Shown in pieces: positions 54,479 through 64,000 of a stretch of DNA of 64,000 nucleotides (its first letter is position 1; each line of letters begins with the position of its first letter). Source of the stretch: an uncultured Clostridia bacterium. Lineage in GTDB: Bacteria > Bacillota > Clostridia > Christensenellales > UBA1242. The translations under genes were made by a program, and so were the position numbers. The stretch is taken from positions 2,146-66,145 of the forward strand of contig CAOJSF010000001.1 of the NCBI GenBank assembly GCA_948442695.1, given 5' to 3'. The notes beneath the pieces are model-generated. The model saw only the letters and a program-made list of their open reading frames with translations. It was not told the origin of the DNA and searched no databases.

Positions 54479-55639
54479 ATGGCAAAAATAGCAGATATAA
54501 TAAAATACGAGGGAGATAATAAGACTTTTGTATGGAAACATCCTTGCGAAGATTTTAATAATTTAACACAACTTATAGTTCATGAATCACAAGAAGCTAT
54601 ATTTTTTATGAATGGTCAAGCTTTAGATGTTTTTACTGCTGGTAGGTACACTCTTGAGACTGAGAATTTGCCCATATTAGGTAAAATGCTTAATAGAACT
54701 ACTGGCAATGTTTCTCCGTTTCATTGTGAAGTTTATTTCATAAACAAGACGATTCAAATGGCTATAAAATGGGGAGTTGGAAATGTAGGCTATATGGAAC
54801 CTACATATAATTTCCCTCTTGTAATTGGTGCAGGTGGAGAGCTTATACTTAAAGTTGAGAACGGGAAAAAACTATTATTAAAATTAGTAGGTACCGAAAA
54901 TTTGCTTTTACAAGAAAAACTTGTATCATTCTTTCGTGGTATTTTAGCAACAAAAGTTAAGAGTGTTCTTGCTAAAACAATTAAGAAAGAAAAAATAAAT
55001 ATATTTGAAATTGACGAAAGACTTGATGATCTTTCTGAAAATCTTTTACCTCTTTTAAAACCAGAATTTGAAGAATATGGTGTATCTTTAGAAAGATTTT
55101 TGATTGATAGAATTTTAAAACCAGAAGACAATGAAAAATATCAAAAATTTGAGAATTTGCATTTTAGACAATATGCTGATATAACTGATGCGAAAATTCG
55201 ACAGCAAGTAGACATAATTGATGAACAAACTAAAGCTCAAAAAATGCTTATAGAATCTCAAGCACTTGCAACAAAAAGAGTTCAAGAAGGCTATACATAT
55301 CAACAAGAGAGAAGTTTTGATGTTGCATCAGATGTCGCAAAGAATGAAGCCTCTGGACAATTCACTAACATGGGTATTGGTATAGGTACTATGGCTGGTG
55401 TTGGTGGAGTTGTTGGTGGTATGTTAAATCAAACAATGGGCAATTTAAGCAACTCTCAATCTCAAGAAATAAGTTGTGCAAATTGTGGAACAAGATTGCC
55501 TAGTACAGCTAGATTTTGCTATGTTTGTGGAAATAAAATTGAGCCTACTGCTCCAACGAAAAATGTTTGCATGAATTGTGGAGCTGATTTGCCAAATGGT
55601 AGTAAATTTTGTTTACAATGTGGAAATAGAGTTGAATAA
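54479..55639 (+). CDS. SPFH-domain protein with C-terminal double zinc ribbons (YdjI-like)
   Basis: QLIVHESQEAIFF..G, YTLETENLP, PFHCEVYFIN, four CxxC pairs. Confidence 0.88.
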   Translation: MAKIADIIKYEGDNKTFVWKHPCEDFNNLTQLIVHESQEAIFFMNGQALDVFTAGRYTLETENLPILGKMLNRTTGNVSPFHCEVYFINKTIQMAIKWGVGNVGYMEPTYNFPLVIGAGGELILKVENGKKLLLKLVGTENLLLQEKLVSFFRGILATKVKSVLAKTIKKEKINIFEIDERLDDLSENLLPLLKPEFEEYGVSLERFLIDRILKPEDNEKYQKFENLHFRQYADITDAKIRQQVDIIDEQTKAQKMLIESQALATKRVQEGYTYQQERSFDVASDVAKNEASGQFTNMGIGIGTMAGVGGVVGGMLNQTMGNLSNSQSQEISCANCGTRLPSTARFCYVCGNKIEPTAPTKNVCMNCGADLPNGSKFCLQCGNRVE

Positions 55640-55648
55640 GGAGTGATT

Positions 55649-56359
55649 ATGAAAAATAAAAATTTAAGAAATTATGCTTTAACTTGGCTTGTTGCTTTAA
55701 TTGTATTTAACATTATTGTTTTTGCAATTCCAAATGAAATTATGGGTATAAAGAGATTTGAGCTGACTTCATTTTGGGTAAGCTATGCCTTGATTTCATT
55801 AACCTTTATAGGACAATTATTAACAACTATTTATGTTATAAAAACAGCAATTACTAAAGAAAAGCAATTTTATAAAATTCCAATTATTCGTATGAGTTTA
55901 ATATGTCTTATATCTGCAATATTATTAGGCTTGATATTTATGACAGTAACAAAGATTCCTAGTTGGATTGGAATTATAGTTTGTGCTATTGCCCTTTTAA
56001 TTTATGTAATTTATTGTGTGTGTGCATTTACAGCTTCCGAAAAAGTTGAAGAAATCAACAATAATACAAAAGCAAAAATTAAAACTTTAAAAAACCTTAC
56101 TGCTGAAGCTGAAATATTATGTTCGTATGCTCAAAGCGAAATCGCGAAAACTGAAACAAAAAACATACATGAATTGTTCAGATTTGGAGATTATGTTTCT
56201 AACGAGAATTTGCAAGATTTAGAAGATAAAATAAAGAACATATTTGATAGTTTCAGCAATGCAATAAAAACTGATAATGAAGAAGAAATTAAAAAGTATT
56301 CTAAAGATTTATTTCTTTTAATGAAAGAGAAAGAAACAAAACAAAAATTATTTAAATAA
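55649..56359 (+). CDS. Four-TM membrane protein with helical C-terminal domain
   Basis: Four hydrophobic segments; directly follows the SPFH gene. Confidence 0.8.
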   Translation: MKNKNLRNYALTWLVALIVFNIIVFAIPNEIMGIKRFELTSFWVSYALISLTFIGQLLTTIYVIKTAITKEKQFYKIPIIRMSLICLISAILLGLIFMTVTKIPSWIGIIVCAIALLIYVIYCVCAFTASEKVEEINNNTKAKIKTLKNLTAEAEILCSYAQSEIAKTETKNIHELFRFGDYVSNENLQDLEDKIKNIFDSFSNAIKTDNEEEIKKYSKDLFLLMKEKETKQKLFK

Positions 56360-56371
56360 CTGGAGGAAAAA

Positions 56372-59014
56372 ATGACAAACAATAAATGTCCTTATTGTGG
56401 TGGAAATCTAGAAGTAAAAGATGATAGGTTAAATGCAGTTTGTGATTCTTGTGGAGAGATTGTTTCTTTAGCAGAATTAAACAATCTTAAGATTAAAAAA
56501 CATAAAATATCTACATATGAAAATGAAGACGATAAACTAGACCATGATTATAATTCAGCATTTGTTAGTCAAGAAGAATTAAAAAAATTAACCAATAAAA
56601 AACTCTTTGAACAAGTCAATCTAGCTTTGAATACTCAAGATTGGATCCTTGCAGAGAAACTTTGCAATGAAATGTTGCGAAGAGATCCACAAGATGCAAA
56701 CGCATATTTATTTAAGATTTTGGCAGATGTTCAAGTTTCAAGAAAAGAAGATTTACCAAAAATAAAAAAAGATACTCTCAATCGTGAATATTCAGATTAT
56801 GTTGGCACTTGGGAAGACGAAGACGGATTTTTATTAGACGAAGATGCAGAATATCATCTTAGCCAATCTAAAAATCTTTATGAACTTTTTTTAAGATTTG
56901 CAGATGAAAGCCTTAAGCAAGAAATTCAACATTATAACAAATTAATTGAAGAGAAAGCTGAAGAACGAAAGAGGCTAGAAGAAATTGAAAAAGCTCAACA
57001 AGAAGAGGAATTTAAAAGACAAGAAGAAGAGCGAAGAAAAAATGCAATAAAAGAGAACAGAAAAGAAAAAACAAAGAGTTTATTAAAATGGCTAATCCCT
57101 ATTGCTGTTATTGCAGTTATAATCATTATTGTTTCTTGTATATTAACCAATAAAAAATCTGAGAATGAAGAACTTTATAAATCTGAAAACTTTGTTGTTG
57201 AAGTTACTAGCAAAACCAATACTCAAAGTGATAATTTATTTAGTGAGTATGCATATATTTTTAAGTTTAAAGTAACCAACAATAGCACAAAAGAAATGTC
57301 CCGTCTAGTAGGCGTTATGACAGTTGACAATATAAATAATGAACACTTATTTGTTGGAGAAATTTCTTTATCTGGCTCTGTTGCTTCTAGTAATTATGGC
57401 TCATGGAATGTTACAGCTTATAGTTCTTCAAATGATACTGGCTTAGAACTATATAACACTCAATATTCTGGATTAAATATTTATTTTAGAATTACTAAGA
57501 TTAGCTTTGCTGACGGAGTTTATAAAGAATATGAAAATCAAGACACTAAGATAAAATCAGCAGACACTAATTATGTAAACCCTAAATATACAAATGCTAT
57601 GAACTTATATAATCAAGGCAAATACAATGAAGCTAAAAAAGAATTTGAAGCATTAGGAGATTACAAAGATAGTGCTGATATGCTTAGATTGTGTAATCAA
57701 AAAATTTTAGAGATTAATCAAAACACATATCAACAAGCTATCAATTTTATGAATCAAGGAAATTATTCTGAAGCCTACAATCTATTTAAGAGTATTGAAG
57801 ATTATAGTGATAGCAATCAAAAAATAATTGAGATTCAGTCCACTGTTGAGGACAATGCAAAAACACTTATAGATAATGGTGCTTATTCTCAAATTATTGA
57901 GAATTTAAGCAGTGTTGGATTTAATCAAGATAACTCTCCTTTGTATGTAGCATGTTACAATATTATACAATGGGGCAAGTATGAAGCTTTAGTCAATTAT
58001 GGAATCACAAATGTTACACTTGATATAAACTCTAACAAAATAGAATCAAATGCTTTCAAAAATTGTACTAAACTAAATTCTGTAAACATAACAAACAAAA
58101 TAACAAGCATAGGAGAATCTGCATTTAGTGGCTGTAAAGGACTTGCAAATGTTTTGATTCCAACTAGTGTAAAAGAAATTTCAACTAGAGCCTTTTATAA
58201 TTGTGGCAATGATTTTACAATTTATTGTTCTGCAGAATACAAGCCTACCGCTTGGTCTTCAACTTGGAATGGAGATATTAGTTCAGTAGTTTGGAATGTA
58301 AAAGAAATTATTGACAAAGGTGTAAGCCAATATTATATTAACAACAATAATCAAAAAGTGCTTTATAAATTAAAAGATATAGAAATCTTGTCATTTACTA
58401 TTGATAACGACACAAATATTATTCATGAAAATGCTTTTAATAGTTGTACCAAATTGACTGAAATTGACATTCCTAAAAATATTATTGAAATAGAAAATAA
58501 TGCATTTTATCAATGCACATCTCTTCAATATGTAAGATTTGCAAATGATTCTCGTTTAGAAAGTATAGGTGATTATTCATTCTATAAATGCAACAAACTT
58601 AATTCAATCAAATTCTCAAAAACATTAAATAATATAGGGAAAAATGCTTTTTATTATTGCACAAACCTTAGTTCTATAACTTTTGAGACAAATTGCATTA
58701 TACAAAATATTGGAGATTATGCTTTCAGTTACACAGCGATTACAACATTTGATTTGCCAAAGAGTGTTGAAATTTTAAATCAAAACTGCTTTACTGGGTG
58801 TGCAAATCTCAATACTTTTAATATCTCAAATACATTGGTATCAATTAAAGGCAGTGCCTTTAGTGGTTGTGATAAATTAAAAACTATAAACTACTCTGGT
58901 ACAAAACAAGAATGGCTAGAAGTAAACAAAAATAGTAACTGGGCTCCACCTGCAACATATAAAATTATTTGTTCTGATGCAACTTATAGTGTTCTGTCTG
59001 GTTGGAGTAACTAA
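56372..59014 (+). CDS. Zn-ribbon/TPR/coiled-coil/TM/BspA-type LRR protein
   Basis: CPYCGG..CDSCG, TPR-like segment, TM WLIPIAVIAVIIIIV, LGDYKDS repeats, IG..AF..C..L repeats. Confidence 0.85.
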   Translation: MTNNKCPYCGGNLEVKDDRLNAVCDSCGEIVSLAELNNLKIKKHKISTYENEDDKLDHDYNSAFVSQEELKKLTNKKLFEQVNLALNTQDWILAEKLCNEMLRRDPQDANAYLFKILADVQVSRKEDLPKIKKDTLNREYSDYVGTWEDEDGFLLDEDAEYHLSQSKNLYELFLRFADESLKQEIQHYNKLIEEKAEERKRLEEIEKAQQEEEFKRQEEERRKNAIKENRKEKTKSLLKWLIPIAVIAVIIIIVSCILTNKKSENEELYKSENFVVEVTSKTNTQSDNLFSEYAYIFKFKVTNNSTKEMSRLVGVMTVDNINNEHLFVGEISLSGSVASSNYGSWNVTAYSSSNDTGLELYNTQYSGLNIYFRITKISFADGVYKEYENQDTKIKSADTNYVNPKYTNAMNLYNQGKYNEAKKEFEALGDYKDSADMLRLCNQKILEINQNTYQQAINFMNQGNYSEAYNLFKSIEDYSDSNQKIIEIQSTVEDNAKTLIDNGAYSQIIENLSSVGFNQDNSPLYVACYNIIQWGKYEALVNYGITNVTLDINSNKIESNAFKNCTKLNSVNITNKITSIGESAFSGCKGLANVLIPTSVKEISTRAFYNCGNDFTIYCSAEYKPTAWSSTWNGDISSVVWNVKEIIDKGVSQYYINNNNQKVLYKLKDIEILSFTIDNDTNIIHENAFNSCTKLTEIDIPKNIIEIENNAFYQCTSLQYVRFANDSRLESIGDYSFYKCNKLNSIKFSKTLNNIGKNAFYYCTNLSSITFETNCIIQNIGDYAFSYTAITTFDLPKSVEILNQNCFTGCANLNTFNISNTLVSIKGSAFSGCDKLKTINYSGTKQEWLEVNKNSNWAPPATYKIICSDATYSVLSGWSN

Positions 59015-59057
59015 ATCGAGAGCCAAAATTATTATAAAGAAGATAAAGGAGAAAATT

Positions 59058-59357
59058 ATGAAATTAGAAAAATCAAAAGAACTTTTTAAGGACTTAGATA
59101 TGCACTCAACTCCATATCAAATTTTATACCACTTCTCCATTACTGGAGTTACAACAAAACAAATTATAGACACACACCACGCAGAAGAAATTATTAATCC
59201 TAATGCTAAAAATTATTTGTCAAAAATCACTTGGCAAGATATATGTAAGTTATCTAAAGAAGAACTAAAGCAATTAAAACCTCTTATTATTTTAGATTGG
59301 AACAAGATAACTAATAGCAATATTTCTAAAACTGAAATAGAAAAGTTATTTGAATAA
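59058..59357 (+). CDS. Hypothetical protein
   Basis: AAGGAG RBS before ATG 59058. Confidence 0.65.
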   Translation: MKLEKSKELFKDLDMHSTPYQILYHFSITGVTTKQIIDTHHAEEIINPNAKNYLSKITWQDICKLSKEELKQLKPLIILDWNKITNSNISKTEIEKLFE

Positions 59358-59366
59358 GGGGTGCAA

Positions 59367-59870
59367 ATGATTATTATCAATGAGTTAAAAGAGCTTGAGA
59401 AATACAAAGTTGAAAGTAAGGGGCTTAATGACAATAATACTAAAATGTTATATGTCTATGAATTTAAAGAAAATGGAAAACTTGCAGATTTAACATTGAA
59501 TATTGAAATTCCTTTTGGACTAAACGATTTAGATAAAGAAAGAAAAGGTAAAATTGACAAATACACATTTATTGCACATAATGTTTATGCAAATAAAAAA
59601 TTAAACATTGGCTCTTTAAAAGCAAATAGCCTTACTTTTAAAAATGATTGTGAGGTCGTATTTGGTATGATTGTACAAAATATACGTGGAACAAATCTTA
59701 ATTGCAAATATGGCACAATAATATCTCAAAAAATTAACTGCAAAGAGATTGAAATAAAAAATTTAAGCTGTTATAAATTAAAAGCAAAACTATTAATAAT
59801 AGGTAAAAATTGTTTCTATAATATTAAAACAAATAGAGTTGATATGTTTCACAGCCTTAAATATATTTAA
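59367..59870 (+). CDS. Hypothetical protein with beta-helix-like C-terminal half
   Basis: GGGGTG RBS; repeated I.(A/C)..(I/L) pentads. Confidence 0.6.
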   Translation: MIIINELKELEKYKVESKGLNDNNTKMLYVYEFKENGKLADLTLNIEIPFGLNDLDKERKGKIDKYTFIAHNVYANKKLNIGSLKANSLTFKNDCEVVFGMIVQNIRGTNLNCKYGTIISQKINCKEIEIKNLSCYKLKAKLLIIGKNCFYNIKTNRVDMFHSLKYI

Positions 59871-60057
59871 TAAAGGAATAATTATGATAATAATAAATAA
59901 CCTTGATTTAATAATAAGGTAAACTTAGACATTTAATCATAAATTATCCATAATCTAGCATCAAACACCATATTTGTATGTAAATAATGAAATTTACTTT
60001 ACTTTTTATAACCATGTATGCTATACTCTTTATATCTTAAAGATAAAGGGAGTTAAT

Positions 60058-60528
60058 ATGTCTAAATTAATGTCAGTAGATAGTGGAAATCTTGGCGAAT
60101 ACGAGGTGTTAGCCGAATTAACTAGAAGAAATTATGTTGCAGTTCTTACTGGTAGAAATACTAAAGACTTTGATATTATTGCGTGCAACAAAAAAGGTAC
60201 TAAGTTTGCAGTTATACAAGTTAAGTCTATTCAATCTCATGATTTAACAAAATTTAGATTAACTGAAAAGCATGAGCAATATAGTGATGATCAACAACAT
60301 TTCTATTACGTATTTGTTTCACTTGCTAATGATAAAATTAATAAATCAAGATTTTATGTTGTTCCAGCTAAAGATGTCGCAGAGTTTGCTAGAGAGGCAT
60401 ATCAAAAATACATAAATACCAAAGGTCCAAGAGTGGCTCAAAGAAAAGAAAGCTCTATGCGTTGGTTTGAGGTAGACGAAAATAAATACAAAGAATCTGA
60501 TTTCTCTATACTAGACTTAGAAGATTAA
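60058..60528 (+). CDS. PD-(D/E)XK nuclease-fold protein
   Basis: GEYEVLAEL.R, DFDIIA, IQVKS, FYVVP; own TGnTATACT promoter and terminator. Confidence 0.8.
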   Translation: MSKLMSVDSGNLGEYEVLAELTRRNYVAVLTGRNTKDFDIIACNKKGTKFAVIQVKSIQSHDLTKFRLTEKHEQYSDDQQHFYYVFVSLANDKINKSRFYVVPAKDVAEFAREAYQKYINTKGPRVAQRKESSMRWFEVDENKYKESDFSILDLED

Positions 60529-60845
60529 ACAATATAGTACTTTATTTTAATAATTAGTTAATCTTAGACATTTAATCATTAAACTAACATAGCACAAAAT
60601 TTATAGTGCTATGTTTTTTATTGCAGAATAACACCAGAAGACACCAGAGATACCTAGATTAAACGAAAATAACTTTTATAATAAAATATATATAAAACCA
60701 AATAAAGTGTCCCAAAATTAAACCTATGAACTCAAAGCAAAATTTTAATTATCTTCTGCCCCATAGTGTCCTTTTCTAAAAATACGATTTATAATAAACC
60801 TATCGTTTCAGTCAAACAAAAATTGATAAACACAAAGGAGCAATT

Positions 60846-61031
60846 ATGAAAGATAACAATCAAAATTTTAATGATTCAACAAGTTTTAATAAAGAGTTAA
60901 CAAATATATTAACTGACTTATTAATAGATAAAATAAAATATATGATTAGGTGCAGTGTTGAAGAGCATGATATTAAGCCAATCAAAAAATTATTATGCTT
61001 ACTAGACGAACATAAACAATATGAAACATAA
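60846..61031 (+). CDS. Small hypothetical protein
   Basis: AAGGAG RBS; lies between two family-B repeats. Confidence 0.55.
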   Translation: MKDNNQNFNDSTSFNKELTNILTDLLIDKIKYMIRCSVEEHDIKPIKKLLCLLDEHKQYET

Positions 61032-61147
61032 GATAACACCAGAGTTAACCCAACATATCTAGAATTAACGAAAACAATCTTTTTAATAATTTATATTAAC
61101 CAACTAAAAAAGTGTCCCAGAATTTAAATTTTGGAACACTTATTTTT

Positions 61148-61711
61148 TTAACCCCAATTACCATGTATTTTATAATGACCACTTCTTTCATGATTTTTAA
61201 GTTTTAATTGATTTGCAACATCGTCATAGAGGTCAGTCATGTAATTGTGTTTTGCTAAAGAATAATTTTGTCCTCTAGGCTCTGTTTCTAATTTTTTAAT
61301 TTTATTTATAAGTTCTTCATTGAGTTTAATGTTTGTTGCAGATGTTAAGCCCTCTTTCTTCTTTTCTAGAATTTGTATATCTTTCTTTACATGCTCACAT
61401 TGTTTGTTAAGTGTAGCAAGTTTAGTTGAAAGCTCATTTATTGCATTAGGATTAAAATCTTTCTCAAAAAATTCATTCGCATTAAAGTAGTCAATATTAT
61501 GATACAAAAAATCAATAATTCCAAACGCATATGAAAACCACATAGGCTCAGAGTCTTTGCTAAACCATGTGTAAATTGTTTGAGTGCTAATGTCTAAATG
61601 TTTAGCAAGGTCTTTTATTTTAAACTTATTCGCCTTTAAAATATCTCTTAACCTAGTTATATAATATGTGCTATTTGATTTTTGCCTTGATTTATCTTTG
61701 TTTTCTTCCAT
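61148..61711 (-). CDS. XRE-type HTH repressor with coiled coil, divergent from xis-int
   Basis: KIKDLAKHLDISTQTIYTW; GAGGT RBS before ATG 61711. Confidence 0.8.
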   Translation of the reverse strand: MEENKDKSRQKSNSTYYITRLRDILKANKFKIKDLAKHLDISTQTIYTWFSKDSEPMWFSYAFGIIDFLYHNIDYFNANEFFEKDFNPNAINELSTKLATLNKQCEHVKKDIQILEKKKEGLTSATNIKLNEELINKIKKLETEPRGQNYSLAKHNYMTDLYDDVANQLKLKNHERSGHYKIHGNWG

Positions 61712-62117
61712 AAATACCTCTTTACTGCAACTAGTATAATATTTATATAGACAAAAGTCAATATAAATGCCACAAAATATAGACAAAATTATAAAAATAA
61801 AAATGAAAAAAATAATTTCAAATAATATTATATAAAAAAATTGGGAGGAGTCTGCCCTTAAGGTGGAGTTTTAACCAATTTAAAAGGAGGACTAGCGTTA
61901 TGAATGATTTTAAAATCAAAGTTTCCACAACGACAATTTTATAATGGCATCTTGTTTTTGAAAGATGCCTACAGCAACTTTTTAAATAGAGAAAATTAAA
62001 TATTAAATTTAAAGAATTGTTGGAGGAAACAAAAATGAAGAAAGTTATATCATGCATTGAAATTTATTTTACGAATCAAAACAAACAATATATAATTGCC
62101 CAAAACGAGGTGTTAGT

Positions 62118-62378
62118 ATGGAGCAATTAGTAAATGAGCAACCAACTAAAGAAAGATTGGTTAGAAGAAGAACTATAAAAGAATGTGCATTGTACATTAA
62201 AAGTCTTGATAATGACACAAGTGTTACAGAGAATAGTATTCGTGATTTATGCAAAATGGACTTAGTTGAATATTACAAAATAGGAAATAAAGTTCTTGTT
62301 GATTTAGACGATGTCATTGCCTATATTAATAGACCTCATGTAAATAAAAAACAAGTGAGGTGCGAAGTATGTTTGTAA
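62118..62378 (+). CDS. Excisionase-like winged-helix protein
   Basis: TIKECA...SIRDLCK...KIGNKVLVDLDDV; overlaps the integrase start. Confidence 0.8.
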   Translation: MEQLVNEQPTKERLVRRRTIKECALYIKSLDNDTSVTENSIRDLCKMDLVEYYKIGNKVLVDLDDVIAYINRPHVNKKQVRCEVCL

Positions 62379-63805
62379 AGAAAAATTATAGTAAAGTAAC
62401 TGGTGAATTAATTTCATGTCGTATTGTCTGTTATGGTAAAAACCCTATTACTAATGAAACAAAGCCATACCCATGCACTTGGAAAATTCCTAAAGGTTTA
62501 ACTGGTAAAAAAGAAATAGACAGAGCTATAGAAAAAGCTAAACTTGAATGGGCAGAAGAAGTTGAAAAAATGTCGAAAGGACATTACACAAAAGAGGAAA
62601 AAAAATATATATTGCTTAGTGATTATTCCAAAGAATGGGTAGAAAGTATTTTATCACGCAGAACAGAGGGATACACATATTATGTTACTCAAAAATATAA
62701 TATCAATATTATTAATGAATTTTTTGGTCCTAATGCCATTATAAGTAGAATTGACACAATAGACTGCAAGAAATTTTATGAATTTTTAAATACGCGAAAA
62801 TATACAAAAGAAGTTGTGAAAGTCAAAAAATCAATTCAAGAGTTAATAGATGAAAAGAACATGACATTATATCAAATGGCAGATGAAATGAATCTTTGCA
62901 GACAGTCTGTTCATAAAGCTACCTACATTGATGAAACAATTAATATTAAGACAGCAAGAAAAATTGCTAAATATTTTCATGTCCCAGTTGATAAATATTT
63001 TAGATATGATATAGAAGAACATAGATATGCAAAAAGCGTTAATATGAGCATAAAAACTACTTTAGTAATGCTATTTAACGAGGCTATTGCAGATGATATT
63101 GTGCAAGTTAATTATGCAGAAAGAGCTTACAAAAATCAATTTGATAACGAGACAAAAGAGGTAGATACTTATAATCTTGAAGAAACAAGAATATTTGTCA
63201 AAAATGCTTTAATAGAGCCAGACCTAAGAAAACGAGCCGCGTTTATTATATTGATGATGACTGGTTGTCGTAAAGCAGAATTGTGTGGACTTGAGTGGAA
63301 AGATATAGACCTAGATAATGCAGATATATATTTTAAACGAAATATTATTTATGCAGGAAAAGAATTTGGTATTATTGAAAAGACCACAAAAACTAAATCC
63401 TCATTAAGAGAAAATCATATGGCAGAGTTGTTAAAAAATGTGCTAACTGATTATAAACAATCTTGGTTAGAGACTAAACATCAATATGGGGATCATGGGC
63501 AGTGGTCTCAAACAGATAAATTATTTAATCAAAAAGTAGGAAAAGCAATTAATCCTTCTACTATAAACAATTGGGTTAGAGATTTTGAGGAAAGAATAGG
63601 TTTGAAAGACATTACTCCTAAGCAATTTAGGCACACCCATGTGTCAATGGCTGTTAATGAAGCGATGATACCATTAAAAGTTGTTTCTAATCGCGTGGGA
63701 CACAAGGATATTAAAATTACAGATTCACACTATTTACACACCAATAGAGAGCAAGATTATGTCGCTGCAGAAAAGTTTAATGCTTTGTTTGAAGATATGG
63801 TTTAA
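62369..63805 (+). CDS. Tyrosine integrase with an internal XRE-HTH insertion
   Basis: TGCRKAELCGLEWKDID, TKT, KQFRHT, RVGH, HY; inserted MTLYQMADEMNLCRQSV...TARKIAKYF. Confidence 0.93.
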   Translation: MFVKKNYSKVTGELISCRIVCYGKNPITNETKPYPCTWKIPKGLTGKKEIDRAIEKAKLEWAEEVEKMSKGHYTKEEKKYILLSDYSKEWVESILSRRTEGYTYYVTQKYNINIINEFFGPNAIISRIDTIDCKKFYEFLNTRKYTKEVVKVKKSIQELIDEKNMTLYQMADEMNLCRQSVHKATYIDETINIKTARKIAKYFHVPVDKYFRYDIEEHRYAKSVNMSIKTTLVMLFNEAIADDIVQVNYAERAYKNQFDNETKEVDTYNLEETRIFVKNALIEPDLRKRAAFIILMMTGCRKAELCGLEWKDIDLDNADIYFKRNIIYAGKEFGIIEKTTKTKSSLRENHMAELLKNVLTDYKQSWLETKHQYGDHGQWSQTDKLFNQKVGKAINPSTINNWVRDFEERIGLKDITPKQFRHTHVSMAVNEAMIPLKVVSNRVGHKDIKITDSHYLHTNREQDYVAAEKFNALFEDMV

Positions 63806-64000
63806 AGTTAAATAATATTAGAAATCTTGACAAATGAGAGTGAAATATATCTTATATGCCTTTTTAGTGCAATCTTTATGATTAAGAGGAAATGAAATTA
63901 TGTTAAGAAAATATTATATGATTCATACTGGCTTTTGACCGTAATTCAAGGGTTAAATTAAAGTTTATTAAAGTTCGATTTACAAGGTCGTGCATGCCTT

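Larger units (their letters stand above)
51549..60573 (+). repeat. Dispersed direct repeat family A (~29 bp): ATTTAATAATAA-N7-TTAGACATTT
   Basis: Copies at 51549, 52739, 59906, 60545 and a degenerate one at 53157; all intergenic and in the same orientation. Confidence 0.85.
54265..61122 (+). repeat. Dispersed repeat family B (~90 bp, fixed internal spacing)
   Basis: Copies at 54265-54360, 60631-60716, 61036-61122: tandem 10-mers, ACGAAAA, TAATAA at +16, GTCCC at +46 in all three. Confidence 0.8.
51310..64000. mobile_element. Integrative element at tRNA-Thr(GGT) with RCR Rep, cargo modules, repressor, Xis and tyrosine integrase; right end outside the window
   Basis: tRNA 3' fragment at left, xis-int at right, inverted AACTTT pairs near both ends (51407-51430 and 63957-63980), visibly different codon style. 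Confidence 0.88.

Overview
AT-rich chromosomal DNA from a spore-forming, probably genome-reduced Clostridia-like firmicute; the lineage is inferred from gene content. The left and middle parts hold housekeeping loci (pcrA, ligA, rpsL-rpsG-fusA-tuf, rplU-prp-rpmA, an OGG glycosylase, floA-yqfC-yqfD-ybeY-era, murB, murC). Between them sit lineage-specific genes: three tandem signal-less HExxH metalloprotease paralogs, a repeat-containing lipoprotein frameshifted in an A7 tract, a ~1380-aa surface protein, and a pseudogene cluster at 35-39.5 kb. A complete type II-A CRISPR-Cas locus follows (tracrRNA, cas9, cas1, cas2, csn2, 16 spacers). From 51310 to beyond the right edge lies a tyrosine-integrase island inserted at tRNA-Thr(GGT). 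Main observations: (1) the island's rolling-circle Rep gene is hidden from the ORF track by four in-frame TGA codons that read as Trp, although host genes use TGG; (2) the island is divided into modules by two families of repeated, fixed-geometry recombination-like sites and carries a stand-alone FtsK-gamma-like protein; (3) a multi-branched attenuator-like RNA precedes rpsL; (4) two perfect-consensus promoters have C9/G8 tracts and 14-bp spacers; (5) unrelated orphan proteins share an acidic C-terminal tail. All calls were made by eye from motifs; no searches were run.
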